A stretch of 64,000 bases of DNA from Longimicrobiales bacterium (lineage in GTDB: Bacteria > Gemmatimonadota > Gemmatimonadetes > Longimicrobiales > Gaopeijiaceae): the NCBI GenBank assembly GCA_965226375.1, contig CBDDCX010000008.1:320001-384000 (forward strand), written 5' to 3'. Positions 1 through 9,147 of the stretch are shown here, one piece after another (the stretch's first letter is position 1; every line of letters begins with the position of its first letter). The translations under genes and the position numbers were made by a program. The notes beneath the pieces were generated by a model, which was not told the origin of the DNA, ran no database searches, and saw only the letters and a program-made list of their open reading frames with translations.

Positions 1-1
1 C

Positions 2-553
2 GACGGACGAATGTGCCTGGCCCGAGGCGTAGGCGACGAACTCGGGCCGGGGGGTCTGCCCAGCCATCGCTCGTTCGCGGGCAAGCACATGGACCAGGTG
101 AGTCGAGTCCGAAGCACTCGTTTGGATGACCCCACCACCCGGACCGGTCCGGTTCCGCCATGCGGCGGGGAGGCCGAGCAGATCCACCAGCCAGTCGGTC
201 ACCCGACTCTCGATCTCGGTCGCAGCCGGACTCGTCGACCAGAGCATCGCCTGCACCCCAAGGCCCGCGCTCACGAGCTCGCCCAGGATGGAGGGTCCCG
301 ACGTGGTTGAGGGGCAGTACGCGAACCACCCCGGTGACTGCCAGTGGCTGACACCGGGCATCACGACCTCGTCGAGATCGCGAATCAGGTCCTCGAACGG
401 CTCGGGCTTCTCCGGGGCCGTCTCCGGGATGGCCGCGGCGATGTCTCCCGGCTCGACGTCCGGCATCACCTGGCGTTCGCCGACCGTCTCCAGGTAACGA
501 GCCAACCAGTCGACCAGGGCATGGCCATGACGCCGAAACTCGTCGGGGTCCAT
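2..553 (-). CDS. Aromatic-L-amino-acid decarboxylase (PLP-dependent group II); 3' end runs off the window
   Basis: Absent from the ORF track. Manual translation from ATG at 553 gives MDPDEFRRHGHALVDWLARYLE...VMPGVSHWQSPGWFAYCPSTTSGPSILGEL...LWSTSPAATEIE...GGGVIQTSASDS, the typical DDC/AADC N-terminal motifs. Confidence 0.88.
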   Translation of the reverse strand, partial: MDPDEFRRHGHALVDWLARYLETVGERQVMPDVEPGDIAAAIPETAPEKPEPFEDLIRDLDEVVMPGVSHWQSPGWFAYCPSTTSGPSILGELVSAGLGVQAMLWSTSPAATEIESRVTDWLVDLLGLPAAWRNRTGPGGGVIQTSASDSTHLVHVLARERAMAGQTPRPEFVAYASGQAHSSV

Positions 554-611
554 ATGATAGGACCGCTCCGATCCGACGACGTCGTCGGGGCTATCCCGAT
601 CGGATGAGAGA

Positions 612-2942
612 TCAGTCATCGAGGCGCTCCGCCAGCCGGCTGTGTTCCTCGTCGACACGACTTCGAGACGATTTCAGCATCTCACTCAACCGCTCACCCG
701 GCATGATCGTGACGGAGCGGAGGGCCCCCGAGTAGGCGAACGTCCCCCGCCGCGAACGCAGCTCCCGCGAGACGGGCGATCTCCGGTCGATCCCGACATC
801 GATCCCCTGGAAGGGGGTGACGCCGGAGAACACGTCGAATTGTGCCGGAACCTCCCGCACCTCGTCCTCGACTGTGATACGCACGGAACACACCCCTTCG
901 GGTCGAGCGACGAACGCGGTATCGATCCGATCGAGGTGCGGACGGAGGGCACCCATGTCGAAGTCACGCGTCCGACCGCCGTAGTTGTGACAGAAATGCA
1001 GATGGCCATCCTCGACGTAAAGGAGGTAGCCGCCACCCTGATCACCCTGTGCGATCAGAACACCTTCTTCGGTGGGCTGGTATCCGTCCCCGAAATCGAC
1101 TCGCACGTCGAAGGACCGCATCTGGACCAGGATACGGGAGCGATACCTGTCCAGGGTCTGGGCCCCGAACAGGATCTCTACCGGCCGGGATGCTCGACGC
1201 CACGCAGGCGAAAGGGGGTCGTCCAGGCCGCTGTCGTCCGTCAGAGGAAACACCTGCTTCTCCCACGCCGTGTCCTCCCACTCGGCGGCCATCGCGACGG
1301 TGTGCTCGACCTCGACGGAGGACAGGTCCACGATCTGGGTCGGATCCGTGGTGAGGTCGTACAACTCCCAGTCCTCATCCGAGTAGCCGCCCACACCGTC
1401 GTACCGCGCTACGATCTCCCAACCGTCCACGTACATGCCGCGATTGCCGTCCATCTCGTAGTACTGCTTGCGGTGTCGGCTGGTGGCTTCGGGATCATGG
1501 ATGGAGCCGACGAAGCTGAACCCGTCGAGTCCGTCGAGTTGGGGGTCCTCCCCCTTCGCCAGAGCCACCATCGTGGGGAGCACGTCGGTCACGTGCAGGT
1601 ACTGGCGACGCAAGGCGCCCGCGTCGGTAATGCCCGCTGGCCACGATAAGATTGCGGGGACGGTATGCCCTCCCGCATGGGTCTGACGCTTGAACAGCCG
1701 GAATGGTGTGTTGCTCAGCCGGGCCCACCCCCAGTTGTAGGCCGGCTTCGCATAAGCCGAGCCGATCAGATCGATGACGGAGTGGGCGAACTCGGGTGAG
1801 ACCAGGCGCTTGTGCTCGTCGGTCTGCGGGAGCCCGCCGATCCTGGGAGCGCTGAAGTAGTACGGTGATCCCGCTGGGCCTCCTTCCTGGCTCGCCCCGT
1901 TGTCGGAGTGGAACAGGAATACTGTGTTGTCCCACTGGCCCGTCTCTATGAGATGGTCGCGGAGTCGCCCGACACTCCGGTCTATGCTGCTCACCATCGC
2001 GGCATAGACCTCCATGTACCGTGCGTAGACCGACTGTTGCTCGTCGGTGAGAGAATCCCACTCCGGCAGGTCGTAACCCTCTTCCACGCCGGAGGGCAAT
2101 CGAGTCTCCGGAGCAACGATCCCCATCAGCTTCTGTCGCTCAAAACGATCGAGACGCGCCCGGTCCCAACCCATCGCGTAGCGCCCGCGGTGGGGCTCGA
2201 TGTCGGACTCCTTGGCCTCCAAGGGGAAGTGGACGGCCGCGTGCGCGAAGTAGAGGAAGAACGGGCGTGACTGCTCGCCGAGGTGGCGATCACGCAGCAT
2301 CCGCAACGCCTGGTCCGTGAGGTCGTCCGTCAGGTAGTACCCATCGGGGAACTCGTCGACGTGCCTTACCGAGTTGCCGTCGACGAGCTGGTGGGGGTCG
2401 TGTTGACTGGAGAAGCCGTCGAGGATCCCATAGAACTCGTCGAATCCGTTCTGGAGCGGCCAGTTCCGTCGCGGAGCATCGACCGACATGTGGGCTTCCG
2501 GCAAAAGATGCCATTTGCCGACCATGAGCGTCGAGTAGCCCTCGTCACGGAGTCGCTCCGCGATCGTCGGGGCAACCCCCAACTCCATTCTGTAGTTCGG
2601 GTAGCCGGGATCGAAGTGGGTAACGTCGGCATAGCCGGCTAGGTGGTGATCGACGCCCGTCATGAGCGAGGCGCGGGTGGTCGTGCACTTCGGCGTAGAG
2701 TGGAAGTTCGTGAATCGGAGACCCTGGGCGGCGATGGCGTCGAGGTTGGGGGTGGGGATCTCCCCACCGAAGCAACCGACGTCCGAATAGCCCAGGTCGT
2801 CGACCAGCATCAAGATGATGTTCGGGCTTCCCGGCCTCGCCGAGTTCTCTGCAGGCCATGACGGCGTGGACTCGGAAAATGTCCGCCCGATCTCACCGTC
2901 GAAGCCTTCGTAGGCCCGTCTCCGCCCCGGCGACTCGGTCAT
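612..2942 (-). CDS. Arylsulfatase (AtsA/PAS-like) with C-terminal extension
   Basis: PNIILMLVDDLGYSD, FGly-type motif CTTTRASLMTG, GKWHL, GFDEFYG, SDNG, ELYDL..DP. Confidence 0.92.
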   Translation of the reverse strand: MTESPGRRRAYEGFDGEIGRTFSESTPSWPAENSARPGSPNIILMLVDDLGYSDVGCFGGEIPTPNLDAIAAQGLRFTNFHSTPKCTTTRASLMTGVDHHLAGYADVTHFDPGYPNYRMELGVAPTIAERLRDEGYSTLMVGKWHLLPEAHMSVDAPRRNWPLQNGFDEFYGILDGFSSQHDPHQLVDGNSVRHVDEFPDGYYLTDDLTDQALRMLRDRHLGEQSRPFFLYFAHAAVHFPLEAKESDIEPHRGRYAMGWDRARLDRFERQKLMGIVAPETRLPSGVEEGYDLPEWDSLTDEQQSVYARYMEVYAAMVSSIDRSVGRLRDHLIETGQWDNTVFLFHSDNGASQEGGPAGSPYYFSAPRIGGLPQTDEHKRLVSPEFAHSVIDLIGSAYAKPAYNWGWARLSNTPFRLFKRQTHAGGHTVPAILSWPAGITDAGALRRQYLHVTDVLPTMVALAKGEDPQLDGLDGFSFVGSIHDPEATSRHRKQYYEMDGNRGMYVDGWEIVARYDGVGGYSDEDWELYDLTTDPTQIVDLSSVEVEHTVAMAAEWEDTAWEKQVFPLTDDSGLDDPLSPAWRRASRPVEILFGAQTLDRYRSRILVQMRSFDVRVDFGDGYQPTEEGVLIAQGDQGGGYLLYVEDGHLHFCHNYGGRTRDFDMGALRPHLDRIDTAFVARPEGVCSVRITVEDEVREVPAQFDVFSGVTPFQGIDVGIDRRSPVSRELRSRRGTFAYSGALRSVTIMPGERLSEMLKSSRSRVDEEHSRLAERLDD

Positions 2943-3703
2943 GCGATGACTCTCCGTAGGAAAGCTCGTGACCGCTCTTCCTTCGGGTTCACGAGCACTT
3001 CACCCGGAGGACCGTGCTCGATGATCCGCCCATCGACCATGATCGCCACGGTGTCACACGAGCTGCGCGCAAAGCCGATCTCGTGGGTGACCACCAGCAT
3101 CGTGATGCCACGTCCGCTCAGCTCGGTCATCGTGTCGAGGACCTCGCCGACGAGCTCCGGGTCGAGCGAACTCGTTGGCTCGTCGAGAAGCATCACCTTC
3201 GGGTCCATGGCGAGGGCCCTGGCGATGCCGGCGCGCTGTTGCTGGCCGCCGGAGAGTTCGCTGGGGTAGAAGTCGGCACGGTTCTCGAGAGCGACGGCCC
3301 GAAGGTGCTCCATGGCAACGGCCCTGGCCTCGCCCTTGTCCATGCCCCTGACGTAGACCGGCCCTGCCATCACGTTCTCGATGGCTGTCATATGGGGGAA
3401 CAGGTTGAATGCCTGGAACACCATCCCGATGTCCGCCCGACGCCGAGCGATCTCGCCGTGTCCGAGCTCGAAGAGTTGGTCGCCCTCCCTGCGGTATCCA
3501 ACCGGCTTGCCGTGCACCTCGACGGTCCCTGAGTCGATGGTCTCGAGATGATTGATGCAGCGCAGCAGGGTGCTCTTTCCCGCACCAGACGGACCGATCA
3601 ACCCGAGCGTGGTCCCGGCCTCCACGACGAGTGAGGCGTCGACGAGCACATCGACATCGCCGTACGACTTCGAGACGTTCGCGATCTCGACCGCCGCTAT
3701 CAT
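2939..3703 (-). CDS. Polar amino-acid ABC transporter ATP-binding protein
   Basis: Walker A GPSGAGKS, LSGGQQQR signature, LLDEPTSSLDPE, VVTHE. ATG at 3703 overlaps the upstream stop (ATGA). Confidence 0.93.
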   Translation of the reverse strand: MIAAVEIANVSKSYGDVDVLVDASLVVEAGTTLGLIGPSGAGKSTLLRCINHLETIDSGTVEVHGKPVGYRREGDQLFELGHGEIARRRADIGMVFQAFNLFPHMTAIENVMAGPVYVRGMDKGEARAVAMEHLRAVALENRADFYPSELSGGQQQRAGIARALAMDPKVMLLDEPTSSLDPELVGEVLDTMTELSGRGITMLVVTHEIGFARSSCDTVAIMVDGRIIEHGPPGEVLVNPKEERSRAFLRRVIA

Positions 3704-4578
3704 GCACCGACCTTTCGAAGGGTCATCCGGAGGGACGAACTGGACGAGCGGTCGTGGCGGTAGCCCCTCGAGAACCGACGTTCGATGAGTCGCTGTCCGG
3801 CGGTCGCGACCAGCACCATCGCCAAGTACCAAATGGACGCGACGGTCAGTAGTTCGATCACCCGCAGATTCGTAGCGGCGATGTTTTGTGCCTTCGTCAA
3901 AAGGTCGCCACCGGCGATCACGAAGACGAGCGAGCTCGCCTTCAACAAGGAGATGAACTCATTGCCCGCCGGAGGGACGATCACACGCATCGCCTGCGGC
4001 AGTACCACGCGGAACATCACCTGACGGCGCTGCATCCCCAGGCTCAGCGCCGCATCCCTCTGTCCATGATCGACGGACGTGAGGCCCGCGCGGACGTTCT
4101 CCGACATGTACGCCGCCTGGTGGAGGCCCAATCCGAGGGTCCCGGCAACGAACGTGGTCATCACATCGTTGGTGTCGAGGGAGAACAGCGTGATGCTCGT
4201 GAACGGGATCGTTAACGCGATCCGCCGGAATAGCAGCGAGAGATTCCCCCAGATCAGGATCTGAACGAGCAGCGGAACGGCCCGGAAAAACGTGACGTAC
4301 GCCCGATTGATAGCGGTGAGGACAGGGTTGCTCGATGTCGCCATGAGGCCCAAAGCGACCCCGAGGACCGTCCCGAGGGCCATCGCGGAGGTCGCGAGCG
4401 TGATCGTCACCCACACCCCGCCGAGGATCACGGGGTGGAACAGGTAATCGCCGATCACCGAGTGGTCGATGAACGGGTTCGAGTAGATCGGCTGGGCCAT
4501 GAGGAAGAAAAGCAGCAGGACTCCAGCCGCCGAAGCCCAGCGCCCGTATCGGCGCGGTTCTGTGACGACGGGGGGCAC
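3700..4578 (-). CDS. Polar amino-acid ABC transporter permease
   Basis: FFRAVPLLVQ, AAYMSENVRAG..VDHGQRDAA.SLG EAA-loop, GNEFISLLKASSL. GTG start at 4578 inferred. Confidence 0.9.
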   Translation of the reverse strand: MPPVVTEPRRYGRWASAAGVLLLFFLMAQPIYSNPFIDHSVIGDYLFHPVILGGVWVTITLATSAMALGTVLGVALGLMATSSNPVLTAINRAYVTFFRAVPLLVQILIWGNLSLLFRRIALTIPFTSITLFSLDTNDVMTTFVAGTLGLGLHQAAYMSENVRAGLTSVDHGQRDAALSLGMQRRQVMFRVVLPQAMRVIVPPAGNEFISLLKASSLVFVIAGGDLLTKAQNIAATNLRVIELLTVASIWYLAMVLVATAGQRLIERRFSRGYRHDRSSSSSLRMTLRKVGA

Positions 4579-4582
4579 CCGG

Positions 4583-5497
4583 CTACTCGACAACGTTGAT
4601 GGGGATCGGGTCGTACAGCCCGTTCGGGTCCACGCCGTACTTCTCCAGGATCTCTGCGGCCGTACCGTTGTCGATGAGTCTTTGCACCGCCGCTTGCACG
4701 GCGTCGCGGAGTTCGTCGTTGCCCTTGAGGAACGCGAACGCATCCGGCTGGACGGTATAGGGTCCCCCAGGTGCCACCTCGAAGACGGTTCCGTTCTCGA
4801 CGGTCGCAGCGACATAGTTCAAGGCAGTCCCGCCACCGAAGGTTGCTGCGGCTTGCCCCGAGCGAACCGCCAGTTGTGAATGGAAAACCGCGGGGAACTC
4901 CTTGATCTCCAACGGATCGGCGCACGATTCGCTGGTCTCGGTCAGGACCCCCACAGAGATGGATCCGGCGAGAACGGCCACGGTGTGGCCGCAGAGCGAC
5001 TCGAGGCTGTCGAAACCGTTCGGGTTGCCAGCCGGCACCAAGATCCTGAGTCCATCCCCCAGGTAGTCCACGAAGTCGAGGACCTCATGGAGTGTTTTCT
5101 TGTCGCTGATGGTGAGGGTTATGTCGATGCTCCCCCTCTGCAAGCCCGGAACCAGCGAAGGGAACGGCATGTCGATGTACTCGATCTCGACCCCCAGCAG
5201 GGCGCCCACAGCATTGGTGAGATCGGTCATGTACCCGGTGAGGGTTACGGCGTCCTCCTCGAGGTACACGGCCGGGGGCACGGACACCGGCCCACCCACC
5301 TTGATGACGCCCGCCTCACGGATGTCGTCGGGAAGCAGCGCGTTGAATTCCCCACTCATCGCATCCGTGGCGGGTGGCGGATCCGTTGCCGCCGGTGGCG
5401 GGTCGTCGCCTCCGCAAGCGGAAACGATCAAAAACACGGCAAGTAGCGCGGCTGGGGCCCAACGAGGAGCTCGGCGAGGGGTCGAACGGCGTCTCAT
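4583..5497 (-). CDS. ABC transporter substrate-binding lipoprotein (family 3)
   Basis: Lipobox LIVSAC, FPSLVPGLQRGSID, SLESLCGHTVAVLAGS; first gene of the ABC operon. Confidence 0.88.
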   Translation of the reverse strand: MRRRSTPRRAPRWAPAALLAVFLIVSACGGDDPPPAATDPPPATDAMSGEFNALLPDDIREAGVIKVGGPVSVPPAVYLEEDAVTLTGYMTDLTNAVGALLGVEIEYIDMPFPSLVPGLQRGSIDITLTISDKKTLHEVLDFVDYLGDGLRILVPAGNPNGFDSLESLCGHTVAVLAGSISVGVLTETSESCADPLEIKEFPAVFHSQLAVRSGQAAATFGGGTALNYVAATVENGTVFEVAPGGPYTVQPDAFAFLKGNDELRDAVQAAVQRLIDNGTAAEILEKYGVDPNGLYDPIPINVVE

Positions 5498-5548
5498 CTT
5501 CAGCTTTGCCTTCCTTTCTCGAGGCCAGCCCTCCAAACCGGGAGGCGC

Positions 5549-5700
5549 CCCTACGATATGGGACAGGAAAGCCCACATGACGGGACATTATTGTGACTCG
5601 CCAATCGGGTTGTCAAGCGAGATGCGGCCTGTTCCGACGGCGGACAGCGCGCGGTTGACGACCGTGCAGAGCCGAGATAATGTCATCCCACTATGCGGTA
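5549..5700. promoter_or_regulatory. Divergent promoter region with three putative IclR-family operator palindromes
   Basis: Related 15-mers at 5549-5563 (rc TCCCATATCGTAGGG), 5571-5585 (rc TCCCGTCATGTGGGC) and 5686-5700 (TCCCACTATGCGGTA). Plus-strand TTGACG-N17-TAATGT (5655-5683); minus-strand TTGACA at 5616-5611. Confidence 0.55.
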
Positions 5701-5730
5701 TATGATTTCTTACCAGTCGGGATGGGCCCT

Positions 5731-6546
5731 GTGACCACGAACACACCAGCCGAGCCAGTACCACACCCGCTCGACCGTTTCGCCGTCGAGGGGAAGAGCG
5801 CCGTCATCACGGGCGCCTCGGGAGCACTGGGGGCCGGCATCGCCGAGACCCTCGGGGCGATGGGCGCGAAGCTCACTCTCGCCTCTGGCAGCGCCGAGCC
5901 GCTTGCCGACCTCGCCCGACGGATCACACAGGCCGGTGGCGAGGCACAGACCATCAACCGTCGACCCGATGGCATCGAGGACGCCGACGCCATCGTCCAG
6001 CGAAGCGTAGAGGCATTCGGATCCGTCGACCTCCTCGTCGTCGCATCCGGGTTCAACCAGGCCGGCTTCATCCACGAGCAGGATCTAGCGGACTGGGAAC
6101 AGGTCATGGATGCCAACGTCCGCGGGGCGTGGCTGATGGCCCAGGCGTTCGGCAAGCACGCCCTTGAACAGGGAACCGGCGGCAAAGTCCTGCTCATCTC
6201 ATCGGTGCGCGGTCGTCACGGCAACTACTCCGGCTACACGGCCTACTGCACCTCGAAGGGCGCCACGGACGCTCTGACGCGTTCGCTGGCGACGGAGTGG
6301 GCGCAGTACGGCATCACGGTCAACGCGATCGCACCGACGGTGTTCCGGTCGGGACTGACCGCGTGGATGTTCGGCGATAGCGAGCTCGGTCGCGCCACGA
6401 GGGAACGGAGCCTGGCGCGCATCCCGCTGCGCCGGCTCGGTGAAGTCGACGACCTCCTCGGTATGGCCATCTACCTGCTCTCTCCCGCCTCGGATTTCTG
6501 CACCGGTCAGGTCATGTACGTCGACGGCGGCTACACCGCGGGATGA
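5731..6546 (+). CDS. SDR oxidoreductase, probable phloroglucinol reductase
   Basis: TGASGALG Rossmann motif, YCTSKG catalytic YxxxK, and PTVFRS.LT.WMF segment that I recall from characterised phloroglucinol reductases; supported by gene context. Start could be 5722. Confidence 0.8.
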   Translation: MTTNTPAEPVPHPLDRFAVEGKSAVITGASGALGAGIAETLGAMGAKLTLASGSAEPLADLARRITQAGGEAQTINRRPDGIEDADAIVQRSVEAFGSVDLLVVASGFNQAGFIHEQDLADWEQVMDANVRGAWLMAQAFGKHALEQGTGGKVLLISSVRGRHGNYSGYTAYCTSKGATDALTRSLATEWAQYGITVNAIAPTVFRSGLTAWMFGDSELGRATRERSLARIPLRRLGEVDDLLGMAIYLLSPASDFCTGQVMYVDGGYTAG

Positions 6547-7484
6547 TGAGCGGCCTGCCGAACGTCGCCGTCCTGGGCGCGGGACGCATGGGGGCGGCCA
6601 TCGCCTTCGTCTTCGCCGGAAGCGACCACGACGTTCGGTTGTACGAACCCGATCCCTCGGCGCGCGATCGGGCGAGTCACCGCCTCCGAGAGGTGGCGAC
6701 GACGCTCCATCGTCCGAGCGCGTCAGACATTCCCATCTTGGATGACCTGAACGAAGTCGTCCGAGAAGCCGATCTGATCATCGAGGCCGCCCCGGAGGAC
6801 ACCGCCATCAAGCGGGCCCTTTTCGACGAACTCGGTGGGGCGGTGGGGCCGGATGCCCTGGTCGGCACGAACACCTCATCGCTGCCTATTGAGAGTTTCG
6901 CTCAGGGCTTCCCGAACCCCGGACGACTGGTCTACGCCCACTTCTGGAACCCTCCGTACGCCATCCCTCTCGTCGAGGTCGCACCGGGGCCGGACACCGA
7001 CGAACCGGCAATGGACACCGTCGCCGGCTGGCTGGAAGGTGCCGGGATGGCGCCGGTGTTGCTTCAACGGGCGGTCCCGGGACTCATCGGAAACCGGCTC
7101 CAGCACGCCCTGAAGCGTGAGGCCATCGCGCTCGTTGCGGACGGCGTCTGCGACGCCGCCACCATCGACGACGTCGTCAAGCTCGGGTTCGGAGCCCGGA
7201 TGGCGGTGCTCGGCCCGATGGAGCAGTCGGACCTCGTCGGGCTCAACCTCACCCTCGCGATCCATGAGAGCCTCATGCCGACGCTGGACCGGACGGACGG
7301 CGCGCACCCCTACCTCATGGAGAAGGTCCGCAGGGGCGAGCTCGGCATGGATGCCGGCGTCGGCTTCCGACCTTGGACCCCGTCATCGGCGAAAGCGGTC
7401 CGCGACCGGCTCGATCGTTGGAACACCCGGACATCGCCAGCCGAAGGTGACCCCGAACCGCTGGACTCAGGGAGAACCAAATGA
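6543..7484 (+). CDS. 3-hydroxyacyl-CoA dehydrogenase family protein (candidate 3-hydroxy-5-oxohexanoate dehydrogenase)
   Basis: GAGRMG, IIEAAPED..IK, GTNTSSL, HFWNPP..IPLVEV, PGLIGNRLQ. Confidence 0.88.
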   Translation: MMSGLPNVAVLGAGRMGAAIAFVFAGSDHDVRLYEPDPSARDRASHRLREVATTLHRPSASDIPILDDLNEVVREADLIIEAAPEDTAIKRALFDELGGAVGPDALVGTNTSSLPIESFAQGFPNPGRLVYAHFWNPPYAIPLVEVAPGPDTDEPAMDTVAGWLEGAGMAPVLLQRAVPGLIGNRLQHALKREAIALVADGVCDAATIDDVVKLGFGARMAVLGPMEQSDLVGLNLTLAIHESLMPTLDRTDGAHPYLMEKVRRGELGMDAGVGFRPWTPSSAKAVRDRLDRWNTRTSPAEGDPEPLDSGRTK

Positions 7485-8329
7485 ATCCCAGCGTCACGCG
7501 CCACCGACCCACACCTGCGCCGAGTCCGGTAGTCGATCCCCAGACCGGCCTCGAACTGTACGAACTGAGTCACCCGTGGGGCCACGGGGCACCGGCCTAC
7601 CCCGGCTACCCGGACACGCGGATCCATCGTGTTGTCACGCACGCTCGGCACGGCGTCCTGACCCAGCGCATCCAGACGGTCATGCACACCGGAACCCACG
7701 TGAACGCTCCCGCCCATCTCGTCCAGCGAGCCGCGGGTATTGGCGCGCTCCCCCTTGGGTTGTTCTTCGGCCAGGGTGTCGTCCTCGATGTCTCGAAAGA
7801 GCAGTGGGAACTCGTCACCGCAGCCGACCTCGAGTCGGCAACACCTGCGGTAGAACCGGGCGACATCGTACTCATCGTCACCGGATGGCACCGGCGCTAT
7901 TCCGACAGCCAGGACTACTTCGGTCATGCGCCGGGACTCTCCCCGGGGGCGGCCATGTGGCTGCGTGACGCCGGAGCGAAGCTCGTGGGTGTCGATACAC
8001 CGTATGTCGACCACCCGCTGGCGACGCAGCTCGCCGATCACCGCGGCGGCCCCCTCGCGCCGTACCTCGTCCCGCGGTACGAATCGGAAACGGGCAGAGC
8101 GGCATCCGAAGACTTCCCGGAGTTGCACCCCGCCCACCGGACGCTTCTCGACGCCGACATCCCCACCATCGAGAACGTGGGGGGCGACGTCGACCTCCTC
8201 CTCGGCAAGCGCGTCACGATTCAGTCGTTCCCTTGGCGGTGGCCCGAAGGTGACGCCTGCCCAGTACGACTGGTCGCCCTACGGGACGACCGAGGTGACT
8301 ACCGAATCGAGACGGGGGAAGCCAGGTGA
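7481..8329 (+). CDS. Cyclase-family (kynurenine formamidase-like) metallohydrolase, copy A
   Basis: ELSHPW, HTGTHVNAPAH (HxGTHxDxPxH motif with Asn replacing Asp), KLVGVD, IPTIENVGG. Confidence 0.88.
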   Translation: MNPSVTRHRPTPAPSPVVDPQTGLELYELSHPWGHGAPAYPGYPDTRIHRVVTHARHGVLTQRIQTVMHTGTHVNAPAHLVQRAAGIGALPLGLFFGQGVVLDVSKEQWELVTAADLESATPAVEPGDIVLIVTGWHRRYSDSQDYFGHAPGLSPGAAMWLRDAGAKLVGVDTPYVDHPLATQLADHRGGPLAPYLVPRYESETGRAASEDFPELHPAHRTLLDADIPTIENVGGDVDLLLGKRVTIQSFPWRWPEGDACPVRLVALRDDRGDYRIETGEAR

Positions 8330-9147
8330 GCGGCCTGGAGTTCTACGACCTGTCCCATCCGTGGGGTCACGGAATGCCGGAGTGGCCTTCCTCTCCCGGC
8401 ATCCGGGTCAACCGGGTGCAATTCCACGCTAAGGATGGGCAGTGCGTCCACGAAATGGATGCGCACATGCATCGCGGGACACACATGGACGCACCGGTGC
8501 ACGTCACGGCCGACTGGCCGACCCTCGCGGGCTACGAGACGTGGCGCTTCTTCGGCACGGGGGTCGCCGTCTCGATTCCGAAGGGCCGGTGGGAAGTGAT
8601 CACTCCCGACGACCTCGAAGCAGCCGAGCCGCGCATCCAGCCCCACGACATCGTGATCATCAACACGGGGTCGCATCGGCTGGTCGGCGACAACGACGAC
8701 TACTTCAACTACTCGCCCGGCCTCTACGACGAAGCCGCCCGCTGGCTCGTCGAGCGCCAGGTGAAGCTCGTAGGCGTCGACGTCCAGGCCCTGGACCATC
8801 CGCTCGGCACCAAACTCGTCGAGCATGGACCGGGACCGTCCCACCCTCATCTCATCGAGGAGTACCGACGAGAGTTCGGGCACCCCCCCGCCGAGGACTT
8901 CCCCGACTGGGAGCCTGCCCACAAGATCCTCATGGGGAACGGGATCCCCGGCATCGAGAACGTCGGGGGAGACCTCGATGCGGTCACGGGCAAGCGATGC
9001 ACATTCGCCGCCTTCCCGTGGCGATGGACCGAGGGCGAAGGATCCGGAGTCCGTGTGGTCGCCATCCTGGATCGCGAGGGGAGCTACCGGATCAGCGAAG
9101 ACGAAGCCGCTGGTGAGAAGCTGGCATCCGCGGTGACCGGTGAGTGA
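8326..9147 (+). CDS. Cyclase-family metallohydrolase, copy B (candidate dihydrophloroglucinol cyclohydrolase)
   Basis: DLSHPW, canonical HRGTHMDAPVH, KLVGVD..ALDHP, GIPGIENVGG. Confidence 0.9.
   Translation: MSGLEFYDLSHPWGHGMPEWPSSPGIRVNRVQFHAKDGQCVHEMDAHMHRGTHMDAPVHVTADWPTLAGYETWRFFGTGVAVSIPKGRWEVITPDDLEAAEPRIQPHDIVIINTGSHRLVGDNDDYFNYSPGLYDEAARWLVERQVKLVGVDVQALDHPLGTKLVEHGPGPSHPHLIEEYRREFGHPPAEDFPDWEPAHKILMGNGIPGIENVGGDLDAVTGKRCTFAAFPWRWTEGEGSGVRVVAILDREGSYRISEDEAAGEKLASAVTGE

Noticed and set aside
642..1649. Long opposite-strand ORFs (also 10835-12046, 16886-18382, 37750-38901, 58307-59809)
   Set aside because: Shadow or alternative frames of well-supported genes in high-GC DNA, with no recognisable motifs.
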